This document shows, piece after piece, positions 1 to 8,756 of a stretch of 41,502 nt of DNA. Position numbers and translations under genes: made by a program. The notes under the pieces are model-generated. The model had not been told where the DNA came from. It did not search any database and saw only the letters and a list, made by a program, of their open reading frames with translations. The DNA comes from Verrucomicrobiota bacterium (GTDB lineage: Bacteria > Verrucomicrobiota > Verrucomicrobiia > Opitutales > Opitutaceae), in NCBI GenBank assembly GCA_041192325.1, contig JBEENF010000001.1, positions 1-41,502 of the forward strand. The letters run 5' to 3'. The stretch's first letter is position 1, and each line of letters begins with the position of its first letter.

Positions 1-1275
1 GATCTCATGGTCTCTTGCAGCCCGGCGCGGAAGTTCCGACTCGAGGTCTTCCGGACGGGTTACTACGGCGGACGCGGCGCGCGCAAGATGACCGAGCTTG
101 GTCCGTTGGCCGCCACGACGCAGCCCACGCCCACTCCCGGCGACAAGAATCTCCACGAGTGCCGCTGGGCGCCCACGACTTCGCTAAAGATCCCGAATGA
201 TTGGCCGAGCGGCGTATATCTCGGCCGGATGACCACGATCCCCGAGGGGTCGGAACCGTACTGGCAGAGTTACGTGGTCTTCATCGTCCGCGACGAGCGA
301 CCGGCGGACATCCTTTTCCAGTGCAGCGACAACACGTGGCAGGCCTACAATCGCTGGCCGAATAATTTCTCCATCTATACCCATCCGAAAGGCAATCAGG
401 GTCCGTGGGCTGACGTGAGTTTTGACCGGCCCTATGGTCGTGAGGCGCAGTGGCAGGGGATCGTCAACGATCCGCTGACCGTGGGCTCGGGCGAATGGCT
501 GTGCTTTGAATTTCCCCTCGCGTACTGGCTGGAACAACAGGGCTACGACGTAAGCTACTGCTCAAATAGCGACATGCTCACGCCGGACCGCGGCTTGAAG
601 TGCAAAACATTCCTGAGCGTGGGCCACGACGAGTATTGGGACATCCGCCAGTTCCGCAGCGTCGAAAAAATGCGCGACGCCGGCGTAAATCTGATGTTCC
701 TGTCCGGCAACTCGGTCTGCTGGGTCACGCCGTATCGCGAAAGTGCGGACGGCCGGCCGAACCGGATTATTTTCCGCGGCGGACCGTATGGCGGCGAAAA
801 CACCTACGCCACGAACCGCCAGAAAAACCACGGGCCGTTCCCGCATCATGGACCCGACGAGGGCCTGCTCATGGGCGCGCGCAATGTGGAGCCGGTGAAT
901 GGCGGCGGCGATTGGACCTGCGTCAAGCCGGACAACTGGATCTTCGAGGGCACTGGCATGAAGCAGGGCGAGAGCATCCCGGGCTTGATCGGGTGGGAGT
1001 ACCACGGTCAACCCGCGACCGAGATTCCCGGCTTGGAAGTGGTCGCGGGCGGCACGGCCTGGTCCGGCGGCGTGCGCCCGCAGCAATGGGCGGCCACCCT
1101 TTACCCGGGACCGAAGAGCAATTACGTTTTCAACGCCGCCACGATTTGGTGGGCCCAAGCGATGTCGACGCCTCCCGGGCATGTCCTGCCGTGGTCGCAT
1201 TGGAGCCGGCCCCACGGCCCCGATGATCGCGTGCAACGGATGATGAAAAATCTGCTGACGCGCGCGCTGCGTTAG
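1..1275 (+). CDS. N,N-dimethylformamidase beta-subunit family protein (probably 5' partial)
   Basis: Frame open from base 1. Family-typical motifs WPSGVYL, NTWQAYN, VSFDRPY, WLEQQGYDV, SVGHDEYW, FLSGN. Confidence 0.75.
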   Translation, partial: DLMVSCSPARKFRLEVFRTGYYGGRGARKMTELGPLAATTQPTPTPGDKNLHECRWAPTTSLKIPNDWPSGVYLGRMTTIPEGSEPYWQSYVVFIVRDERPADILFQCSDNTWQAYNRWPNNFSIYTHPKGNQGPWADVSFDRPYGREAQWQGIVNDPLTVGSGEWLCFEFPLAYWLEQQGYDVSYCSNSDMLTPDRGLKCKTFLSVGHDEYWDIRQFRSVEKMRDAGVNLMFLSGNSVCWVTPYRESADGRPNRIIFRGGPYGGENTYATNRQKNHGPFPHHGPDEGLLMGARNVEPVNGGGDWTCVKPDNWIFEGTGMKQGESIPGLIGWEYHGQPATEIPGLEVVAGGTAWSGGVRPQQWAATLYPGPKSNYVFNAATIWWAQAMSTPPGHVLPWSHWSRPHGPDDRVQRMMKNLLTRALR

Positions 1276-1487
1276 CTGCCAGCGGGGCAAAGTCCGGACT
1301 TAAATCATTGTGCGCCAGAGGGCCCGCGAGTTGGGCTGACGCGTTCTCGCGCTTGGTGACAATCGCCCTTGCAGCCGGTGCATCACGGGCCGGCTGAGGC
1401 GGTCGAGGACAGCGTGGCGAGCCACAGCGCAACTCGCGCAATCTGCCGCTTGCGACCCCCGGGGCAACGGTTTCCACTCTCCCCACC

Positions 1488-2075
1488 ATGGAAGCTTACG
1501 CCCGGGCTCGCGCCCTCCTCGACGCCGCTCACGCGGCCGATCCTCACCGGGATGCGGCGGGCCGGCCAGCCGAGTTGGTCTATGCCGATCGGATGGAAGA
1601 ATGGGTTCGGCGCGTGAACCCCGACGCCTCGCTCCTGCTCCGGCTGGCCGCGCGCAGCCAGCACCTGGAGCGCTGGTTGACGCCGCGCGCCACGTTCCCA
1701 CTTGGAAAACCGGGGTACCTGGCTTGGCGCCGCTCCTTGTACGTCAAGCAGGCGGAGCGGGCACGCGCATTCTTGCTGGAAGCGGGCATCGACGCCGCAT
1801 CGGCAGCCGAACTCGCCACGTGGGTGGCGAAAACGGGGCTCAAGACCAACGCCGGCACTCAGGCGCTCGAAGACGCCGCCTGCCTGGTCTTCCTCGAAAA
1901 CGAAATCGGTGCCTTCGCCACGCAGCATGCCGATTATCCCCGCGAAAAATTCGTCGATATTATCCGCAAGACCTGGCGCAAGATGAGTCCCCGGGCCCAG
2001 CTCCTGGCGGGCGAACTGACCTTACCCCCCGCCATCGCGAGCCTGGTGGGAGAAGCGATCCGCGGTGGCGGGTAA
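1488..2075 (+). CDS. DUF4202 domain-containing protein
   Basis: AHAADP, ELVYADRM, LAARSQHLERW, GYLAWR, QALEDAACLVFL, IIRKTWRKMS match the DUF4202 pattern. Confidence 0.85.
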   Translation: MEAYARARALLDAAHAADPHRDAAGRPAELVYADRMEEWVRRVNPDASLLLRLAARSQHLERWLTPRATFPLGKPGYLAWRRSLYVKQAERARAFLLEAGIDAASAAELATWVAKTGLKTNAGTQALEDAACLVFLENEIGAFATQHADYPREKFVDIIRKTWRKMSPRAQLLAGELTLPPAIASLVGEAIRGGG

Positions 2076-2209
2076 GCGGCCGTGACGTGCCCCGACCGCT
2101 GGCGGAACTGCCCACGGCGGCCACCAAGGCAGCTTTGCAGTTTACTTCCGAATCGATTGTCTGACTTATCCGTCAACCCCACGCTGAAGCTCGTCCTCAT
2201 TCCTGGTCA

Positions 2210-2755
2210 ATGGATACACCGCACGTTCCACCGCAGCCTGATCGCCGGAATTTCCTGACGAAAACCTGCGCGGTCGTCATTGGTGGCCTGGTCACGCTGG
2301 TACCGGCCCTGGCCGGTCTTCTCGTGGTGTTCGACCCGCTGCGCCGCAAGTCAGCCAGCGGCGGAGCCGTCCTGGTCGCCTCGCTTAATTCCGTCCCCGA
2401 GGATGGCGCGCCGCGCAAATTTTCCGTGCTGGCCACGCGCGTCGACGCGTGGAACCGCTCGCCCAACGTGCCGATCGGCGCGGTGTATCTGCAACGCCTG
2501 GGCGAAGGCAAAGTGCGCGCGTTCAATGTCGTCTGCCCCCACGCGGGGTGTTTCGTCGATTTTCGCCCGAGCGAAAAACATTATCACTGTCCGTGTCACA
2601 ACAGCAGTTTTGCCCTGGACGGAAAAGTCCTTGATCCGAAAAGCCCCAGCCCGCGCGGCCTTGATGACCTGCCGGTCGAGATTCGCCACGGCAGCGAGGT
2701 GTGGGTGACTTTCCAGAATTTCCGCGCCGGCGCGCACCTTAAGATTCCCGTTTGA
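2210..2755 (+). CDS. Rieske 2Fe-2S subunit of a Rieske/cytochrome b complex
   Basis: Tat motif DRRNFL followed by a TM helix; Rieske boxes CPHAGC and CPCHNSSF; stop overlaps the next start (TGATG). Confidence 0.93.
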   Translation: MDTPHVPPQPDRRNFLTKTCAVVIGGLVTLVPALAGLLVVFDPLRRKSASGGAVLVASLNSVPEDGAPRKFSVLATRVDAWNRSPNVPIGAVYLQRLGEGKVRAFNVVCPHAGCFVDFRPSEKHYHCPCHNSSFALDGKVLDPKSPSPRGLDDLPVEIRHGSEVWVTFQNFRAGAHLKIPV

Positions 2756-4554
2756 TGAAGGCGTCGCTCGACTGGCTTGATCAGCGGACCGGCTATAGAA
2801 AACTGCTGCACGAGACGCTGTTTGAAAATGTCCCGGGCGGCGCGCGCTGGCGCTACGTCTGGGGGAGCACGCTTGTTTTCTGCTTCGCCGTTCAAATTAT
2901 CACCGGCCTGTTTCTCTGGCTCGCGTACAGCCCGAGTTCCCAGACCGCCTGGGAGAGCGTTTATTTCATTCAGCACGAAATGTGGGGCGGATGGTTTCTT
3001 CGCGGGCTGCATCATTACACCGCGCAGGCGATGACCATTCTTCTGGTGATTCACCTCATGCAGGTGGTGATCGATGGCGCTTACAAGGCGCCGCGGGAGA
3101 TAAATTTCTGGACCGGCGTGTTGCTCCTGTTGCTGGTGCTGGCTTTGTCCCTGACCGGATACCTGCTGCCTTGGGACCAGAAAGGATTTTGGGCCACCCG
3201 GGTGGCGACAAATATCGCGGCCATCACTCCGCTCATCGGTCCTGCCCTGCAAAAAATCATCGTGGGCGGCAACGATTACGGCCACCACACGCTCACGCGT
3301 TTTTTTGCGCTGCACGCCGGCATCATCCCGGGGGCGATCATCGCGTTCATTGGCGCCCACGTGTATTTGTTTCGCCGACACGGGCTCACGCCCAAGGAAC
3401 CGCGCAAAAAACCCGACGCCGCCTTCTGGCCCGACCAGGTATTGCGCGACGCGGTGGCCTGCCTCGCCGTGCTGCTCGTCGTCGTGTTTCTCGTGATCCG
3501 CACCCACGGTGCCGCGCTCGGCGCGCCCGCGGATCCCTCCGAACAGTTCTCCGCCGCCCGCCCGGAATGGTACTTTCTGTTTTTGTTCGAGCTGCTGAAG
3601 TACTTCCCCGGCGGCACGGAAATCTGGGGCGCCATTGTCCTTCCAGCGCTCCTTTTGCTCGCGCTGGCGGCCATGCCGTTCGTCGGCAATTGGAAGCTCG
3701 GGCACCGGTTCAACCTGGGATTTCTGTGGGCCGTGCTCGGAGGGGTGTTGCTGCTGACGGTCAGCGCCGTGCGCGAGGATCGCGCCAATCCCGAATACGC
3801 CAGCGCCGTCCAATCCGCGGAACGGGAAGCGGAACGCGTGGTGGCGCTCGCCCAGTCGGAAGCAGGCATTCCGCCGACCGGGGCGATCACACTGCTGCGC
3901 GGCGATCCCCTCACCCAGGGTCCCAAGCTCTTCGCGAAGAATTGCGCCAGTTGTCACCGGTTCGACGGCCACGACGGATTGGGCGGCCAGCCAAAGGACG
4001 AGATTTCGGCCTCGGACCTGAAGGGTTTCGCCAGCCGAGAATGGATTGCGGGCCTGCTCGATCCGAAACGCGTGGCCAGCCTCCACTATTTCGGCGGCAC
4101 GGATTTCAAGGCGGGCAAAATGGTGAAGTTTGTGCAGGAGGAAATCGCCGAGTTTTCCGCCGGGCAGAAAGCCGAGCTGGAAAAGGCCATCGTCGCCCTT
4201 TCGGCCGAAGCGCGGTTGAAAGCACAACGCGCCGCGGACGAGCGCGATGCCGCGCTGATCGTGGCAGGCAAGAAGCATCTCGTCGGCGACGTGCTCACGT
4301 GCGTGGAATGCCACAAATTCCATGACGCTGGCGAAGACCCCACCGGACCGGATTTGACCGGCTATGGGTCGCGTGAATGGCTCATCGCGTTCATTTCCGA
4401 CCCGGCGCACGAACGGTTTTACGGCGAACGCAACGATCGCATGCCTTCCTTTGGCCCGGAAAAAATGTTGAGCCATCAGGAACTCGGGCTCGTGGCGGAC
4501 TGGTTGCGCGGCGAGTGGTACGTGCCGAAAGACGAGACGCGGGCCGCGCGTTAG
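2755..4554 (+). CDS. Cytochrome b (b6 + subunit IV unsplit) fused to a C-terminal dihaem cytochrome c
   Basis: Haem b His pairs (LHHY...IHL; LHAG...AHV), TGYLLPWDQ, PEWY motif, two CxxCH motifs (CASCH, CVECH). ATG at 2755 preferred over TTG at 2752. Confidence 0.92.
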   Translation: MKASLDWLDQRTGYRKLLHETLFENVPGGARWRYVWGSTLVFCFAVQIITGLFLWLAYSPSSQTAWESVYFIQHEMWGGWFLRGLHHYTAQAMTILLVIHLMQVVIDGAYKAPREINFWTGVLLLLLVLALSLTGYLLPWDQKGFWATRVATNIAAITPLIGPALQKIIVGGNDYGHHTLTRFFALHAGIIPGAIIAFIGAHVYLFRRHGLTPKEPRKKPDAAFWPDQVLRDAVACLAVLLVVVFLVIRTHGAALGAPADPSEQFSAARPEWYFLFLFELLKYFPGGTEIWGAIVLPALLLLALAAMPFVGNWKLGHRFNLGFLWAVLGGVLLLTVSAVREDRANPEYASAVQSAEREAERVVALAQSEAGIPPTGAITLLRGDPLTQGPKLFAKNCASCHRFDGHDGLGGQPKDEISASDLKGFASREWIAGLLDPKRVASLHYFGGTDFKAGKMVKFVQEEIAEFSAGQKAELEKAIVALSAEARLKAQRAADERDAALIVAGKKHLVGDVLTCVECHKFHDAGEDPTGPDLTGYGSREWLIAFISDPAHERFYGERNDRMPSFGPEKMLSHQELGLVADWLRGEWYVPKDETRAAR

Positions 4555-4819
4555 GCCCACCTTCCGCGCCTTACCGGGCGGTTTTAGTCGCGCAACCGAC
4601 GCTTTGGCGGGCAGGCGCTTATGGCGATGGGGAGAACACGGCAGCCGCGCGCGTGTTGGAAAAAGCCGGGAAGTCCGCCGGAAGGCGTGCGGCGTCGCTG
4701 GCACTCCTGTCCGACCTTCGGACCGAGCCGCGCGACGGCATCGTTGGCGCGAAGGTGAAGTGGGTCGGCCAGGCGAGCTGGTGGCTGGCGCATTTGGAAA
4801 ACGTGGGCATGTTCGGTTC

Positions 4820-5041
4820 ATGACCACCGTCATCCGCTGCCTCACCATCGACCAGGCGTTGGTCATCCGTTCCCTCCTGGAAGGCTGTGGCATTAAGGCT
4901 TACGTCCCGGACGAGCTCACCGCGCAAACGGATCCCGTCATCTTTCGCGGCAGCATGAACAGCATCCGCGTGCAGGTGGACGATGCCGACGTGCCGCAAG
5001 CGCAGGCGGTGCTCGCCCGCAACAATCCCCCGACCGCCTGA
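4820..5041 (+). CDS. DUF2007 / putative signal-transducing protein
   Basis: MTTVIRC...ALVIRSLLEGCGIKAYVPDE...IRVQVDDADVPQAQAVL fits DUF2007. Start trimmed to ATG 4820. Confidence 0.75.
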   Translation: MTTVIRCLTIDQALVIRSLLEGCGIKAYVPDELTAQTDPVIFRGSMNSIRVQVDDADVPQAQAVLARNNPPTA

Positions 5042-5160
5042 AGGCGTCGGTCGGTCGGACGCCGCCGCGCACGGCTGGCGCCTGGCGGTATCCGTTTTTG
5101 TAATATTTAAGCCGCCGCGGCGCGCCCGCGGCGGGGGATGACCAATTCCGGGCCGGGCGC

Positions 5161-5186
5161 GACGAGGGCCGGGTCATTCGGTTACA
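5161..5186 (-). promoter_or_regulatory. Candidate ECF sigma promoter TGTAAC-N16-CGTC
   Basis: Minus strand reads TGTAAC cgaatgacccggccct CGTC; shares the 12-mer GCGGTGTAACCG with 29895-29906. Confidence 0.5.
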
Positions 5187-5196
5187 CCGCGGCGGC

Positions 5197-5210
5197 AAAT
5201 TCTGGAATTT
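5197..5210. promoter_or_regulatory. AT-rich palindrome AAATTC-TG-GAATTT, candidate operator
   Basis: Perfect 6-bp inverted repeat in an intergenic region of a GC-rich genome. Confidence 0.35.
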
Positions 5211-5278
5211 TTATTCAAGCGGTGCGCGCAACCGCCGCCCCTTCTCCGCGCGTCTTGGCCCTTCGAATCCAAACCACC

Positions 5279-5419
5279 ATGAAAAACGATCCCATCTCCT
5301 TCAAGATCCTCTCCGCTGTCATCCTTGCCGGCGTCATTCTCGCGCTGGTGGGGCCGGAACATTCCGCAAAACCCGCGGTTGCCGCGTCTCCTCTGCGCGT
5401 GGTCACCGCCTCGGAGTGA
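5279..5419 (+). CDS. Small (46 aa) single-TM or secreted protein
   Basis: MKNDPISFKILSAVILAGVILALVGPEHS... has one hydrophobic helix; preceded by GCAACC-N17-CGTCT (5228-5255). Confidence 0.6.
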   Translation: MKNDPISFKILSAVILAGVILALVGPEHSAKPAVAASPLRVVTASE

Positions 5420-5551
5420 TTTCTGCCCCGCCGTTCCACAGCAGGGAAATCGTGTTCCAGCCGGCGCAGGGAGTCCGGCGCAGTTGTCTCGAACTCACGC
5501 CCCGGCGAACCCCGGCCAGCGGCGGGGTTTACGCAGCTCCCCACCTCATCC

Positions 5552-6421
5552 TCATCCTTTGAGGGCGCCCGCCGCGATGCCCTTCACGATCTGGCGCTGC
5601 AGTAACAGGTAGACGAGCAGGATGGGCAGGGTCACCAGAACGATGCCGGCAAAAAGCGAGCCGTAGTCGCTGCGATACTGCGCGGTGATGGACAGGTTCG
5701 CGAGGCCCAGCGGCAGCGTGCGCGCGCTGCCCCCGACGTCCCCGCTCGCAAGCATGAACGCGAAAAAATATTCCTTCCACACGCCGATGAACTGGAAGAT
5801 CGCCACCGTCACCAGGCCGGGACGGGCCAGCGGCAGCATCACGCGCCAGAAGGCGCTGAATTCTCCGCACCCATCGATCACCGCCGCCTCGTAGAGCGTC
5901 CGCGGCAGCGAGCGAAAAAATCCGGCGAGGATAAAAATCGCGAACGGGAGTCCGTTTGCGGTGTAGACCAGGATCAAGCCGAACCGCGAGTTCAACAGGC
6001 CCAACGCGCGCAGCTCGAAAAACAGGGGGATGATCGCAAGTTGCGCCGGGATCATCATGCCGGCCAGAAACAGACCAAACACCACGCGGCCCGCCGGATG
6101 GAAGAACCGCGCCAGCGCATACGCGGCCATCGCCCCCAGCGCGACGATCGCGCCCACCGACGTCACGGTCACGACGACGCTGTTCAGGAAATATTCACCG
6201 AAGCGCGCTTCGCGCCACGCGCGAACATAATTTTCGGTCTGCCACTCGCCGGGCCGCGGCCACGCGAAGGCGTCGCGGAAAATCGCTGCGTCCGCTTTAA
6301 ACGAGGAATACGCCACCCAGAGCATCGGCAGCATGACCCACAGCGCGTAACCGCTCAGGGCGGTCAGCAGCAACGCCGTGGAGAGGGAGGATCGTTTGTG
6401 AAACACCGGGAGGCGGGACAA
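5552..6421 (-). CDS. Carbohydrate ABC transporter permease (MalG-like)
   Basis: Multiple TM helices; EAA loop LYEAAVIDGC; C-terminal QRQIVKGIAAGALKG. Exact start uncertain. Confidence 0.92.
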   Translation of the reverse strand: MSRLPVFHKRSSLSTALLLTALSGYALWVMLPMLWVAYSSFKADAAIFRDAFAWPRPGEWQTENYVRAWREARFGEYFLNSVVVTVTSVGAIVALGAMAAYALARFFHPAGRVVFGLFLAGMMIPAQLAIIPLFFELRALGLLNSRFGLILVYTANGLPFAIFILAGFFRSLPRTLYEAAVIDGCGEFSAFWRVMLPLARPGLVTVAIFQFIGVWKEYFFAFMLASGDVGGSARTLPLGLANLSITAQYRSDYGSLFAGIVLVTLPILLVYLLLQRQIVKGIAAGALKG

Positions 6422-6422
6422 A

Positions 6423-8756
6423 TCAGGACTCGACCCTTTCGCGCGCGAGACCGCGCATCAGGAGCGCGCTGCCCAGCGCCACGAGGGTGAACAGCATGAC
6501 CGCAATCGCCGTGGCCCGGCCGATCTGGAAATCCTTGAACATCGAAGTGACCATGAACGTTCCCAGGGTGTGCGTGGAGGTGTTTGGATCCTGATCAGTG
6601 AGGAGCCAGATCATCTCGAAGGCATTGAGCCCGGCGATCACGATGAACACGGCCGCGATAATCACGATTTCCCAGATCAAGGGGAGCGTAATGCTGAAGA
6701 ACTGCCGCGCGGTCGAAGCACCATCCAGTTCGGCCGCCTCGTAGAGATGCGGGTCGATGCCTTCCATCGCGGCGAGAAAAAGGATCAAATTAAAGCCGCA
6801 GGCCATCCAGATGTAGATCGGCAGCAAAGACCAATACAGGTTCGCCTGCGCCAGCCAGGGGTAGCCATCAAAAGCGCGCAAAATGTCGAGCTGGAGCAGA
6901 CCGCCCAGCTTCACCAAGGTGGCATTCACCAAACCGCCATGCGGCTGGTAGGCATTCATCCACAAAAGCGTCGCGGCAATGCCACCGAGCAGATTCGGAA
7001 ACAGGAAGACCGCGCGGAAAAATTTGGCGCCCCAGATTCCCCGGTGCAGGACAAACGCCAGGGCGAGCGCAAGCGGCAGCACAACCACGGCCGGCGCCAC
7101 CATCAGGAACACGTTATTCTTCAGCGCCGTCCAAAACAGGTCGCTCTCGAAAACCAGCCACTTGAAGTTGAACCACCCGGCCCATGTCTGGGCCCCCAAT
7201 CCGTCCCACCGCGTAAAAGCCCACGCCAACGCCATCGCGCCCGGCACGAGCACGATGGCCGTGTAGAGCAAGAAGGCGGGGCCTACAAAGCCCAGGCCGA
7301 CGCGCAGACGGAGCGCGCCAAAGTAGCCCGCGAGGTCGGCGCCCGGCGTTCGTGGCGCGTCGCGGCGCGCGCGCCAGCGGCCGGCCACCAGCCATATCGC
7401 CGCCACCGCCAGGCCGGCCAGCAACACGGTGCCCGCCACCCCATGCCGATACTCCACGAGGCCGGGCGCGGCGGCCCGGGCGCGATCGGTCGCGGCCGCC
7501 GCCTCCACCCGCTCCCCAAACTCGCGGGGGGTGCTGCGGCCACTCATCAAGCTGATCCGAGCGTCCACCACCGCCTGCCGGATGGCCGGTGGCTGCAGCA
7601 TGACCTGCGGCATGTTGAAGGCTTCCCGCGCGGCTTCGATGAGCGTGGCCGTCGATTGCATGCGCGGCGAAAACGCCGCGCGCGGGACCCGCACCGCCGC
7701 CGGCGCGTCCGTGCGCCGCACGAAAGCCTCGGCGCGCGCGCGGGAGGTGAGGAAACGCAAAAAATCCACGGTCAGCCGCTCGCGCCCGGCATGGCCGGTG
7801 GCAAAGGCAAAAAAACTATCCGCGCTGGACTGGATCGCGCTGGGATCGGCCACGCCTTCGGGAAAAACCGGGAAGTTCATTACGCCCAGTTCGAACCCGG
7901 CGGGAATCTTGTCGCCCATTTCGTAGAGCATCCAGGAACCGGACACGACCATCGCGGCGCGACCTTCGATGAACGCGAGCTGGGCGGCGGTGTGTGTGGC
8001 TCCTTCCCAACCGCGCAGCGTATAATTCATGGTGATACGCTGCAGCGTCGCGGCCGCCCGCAGGTAGCGGGGATCCGTGCGCGCGCCGGGGGCCACGTCG
8101 TTCAGCGCGCGCCACGCCTCCGCGCCGGCGAGATTGTAGAACGCGGAGCGGATGATCGCATCCGGATAGTTCCCGTAGATGCCCGTCAGGCTGACCGGCG
8201 CGACGCCGGTGGCCTTGATCCGCTCACAAAGGGCAAAAAATTCGTCCCACGTCCGCGGCGGGGTCCAACCTTGCGCCCGGAACAGCGCCGCGTTGTAGAA
8301 GATGGACCAGCACGCGTAACTCAGCGGCACGCCATAAGTTCCCCCGTCGATCCGCCAGGTATCGAGCGCGCCCGGCAAAAAGGTGTCGCGCCAGCGCGCG
8401 TCGCCCTCCCAGTTCGGACCGTCGAGGAAGGGCGTCAGATCACGGAGCTTGCCCGCGCGGGCGAGCGCGGGAATCAGCAGTTCGCGCGGCAGGGCGGCGT
8501 CGGGCAGGCTGCCGTCGATCACCCGCACGCGCAGTTTGTCCTGAATTCGCGGATCACCATAGAGCCGGATGCGCAGCGCCGGCCGCTGCTTTTCAAACTC
8601 GCGCGCGGTCTCCTCGTAAACCGCGGACCCGAATCCGCCCGCGAACACCGGAATGTCGAGCTCCACCGCCCGGAGCGGAACGAGGCAGGCGAGGAAAATT
8701 CCCCACCAGATGCGGTGCTGCCTCAGCCGAGGCGGACCAAGTCGAGGGCCCTTCAT
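6423..8756 (-). CDS. ABC substrate-binding protein fused to a MalF-like permease
   Basis: N-terminal SBP family 1 (YGVP, IFYNAALF, PRTWDEF, F.EGRAAM..SGSW), then TM segments with EAA loop LYEAAELDGAS. ATG 8756 overlaps the upstream stop (ATGA). Confidence 0.88.
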   Translation of the reverse strand: MKGPRLGPPRLRQHRIWWGIFLACLVPLRAVELDIPVFAGGFGSAVYEETAREFEKQRPALRIRLYGDPRIQDKLRVRVIDGSLPDAALPRELLIPALARAGKLRDLTPFLDGPNWEGDARWRDTFLPGALDTWRIDGGTYGVPLSYACWSIFYNAALFRAQGWTPPRTWDEFFALCERIKATGVAPVSLTGIYGNYPDAIIRSAFYNLAGAEAWRALNDVAPGARTDPRYLRAAATLQRITMNYTLRGWEGATHTAAQLAFIEGRAAMVVSGSWMLYEMGDKIPAGFELGVMNFPVFPEGVADPSAIQSSADSFFAFATGHAGRERLTVDFLRFLTSRARAEAFVRRTDAPAAVRVPRAAFSPRMQSTATLIEAAREAFNMPQVMLQPPAIRQAVVDARISLMSGRSTPREFGERVEAAAATDRARAAAPGLVEYRHGVAGTVLLAGLAVAAIWLVAGRWRARRDAPRTPGADLAGYFGALRLRVGLGFVGPAFLLYTAIVLVPGAMALAWAFTRWDGLGAQTWAGWFNFKWLVFESDLFWTALKNNVFLMVAPAVVVLPLALALAFVLHRGIWGAKFFRAVFLFPNLLGGIAATLLWMNAYQPHGGLVNATLVKLGGLLQLDILRAFDGYPWLAQANLYWSLLPIYIWMACGFNLILFLAAMEGIDPHLYEAAELDGASTARQFFSITLPLIWEIVIIAAVFIVIAGLNAFEMIWLLTDQDPNTSTHTLGTFMVTSMFKDFQIGRATAIAVMLFTLVALGSALLMRGLARERVES

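Noticed and set aside
1284-1320. AAAGTCCGG resembling the RNase P RNA 5' core
   Set aside because: Lacks the full GAGGAAAGTCC, has no matching 3' conserved element nearby, and the gap is only about 210 nt.
2845-2910. Cys in FCFAVQIITG as a haem ci attachment site
   Set aside because: It aligns with the second, non-binding Cys of cytochrome b6; the ci-binding position (YC) is YV here.
2596-4893. 765-aa minus-strand ORF
   Set aside because: Antisense shadow of the cytochrome b/c gene; no motifs; typical of high-GC codon bias.
5257-5279. TTCGAATCC...CCACCA looks like a tRNA/tmRNA 3' end or att site
   Set aside because: The flanks do not form a T-stem or acceptor stem, and no integrase is nearby.
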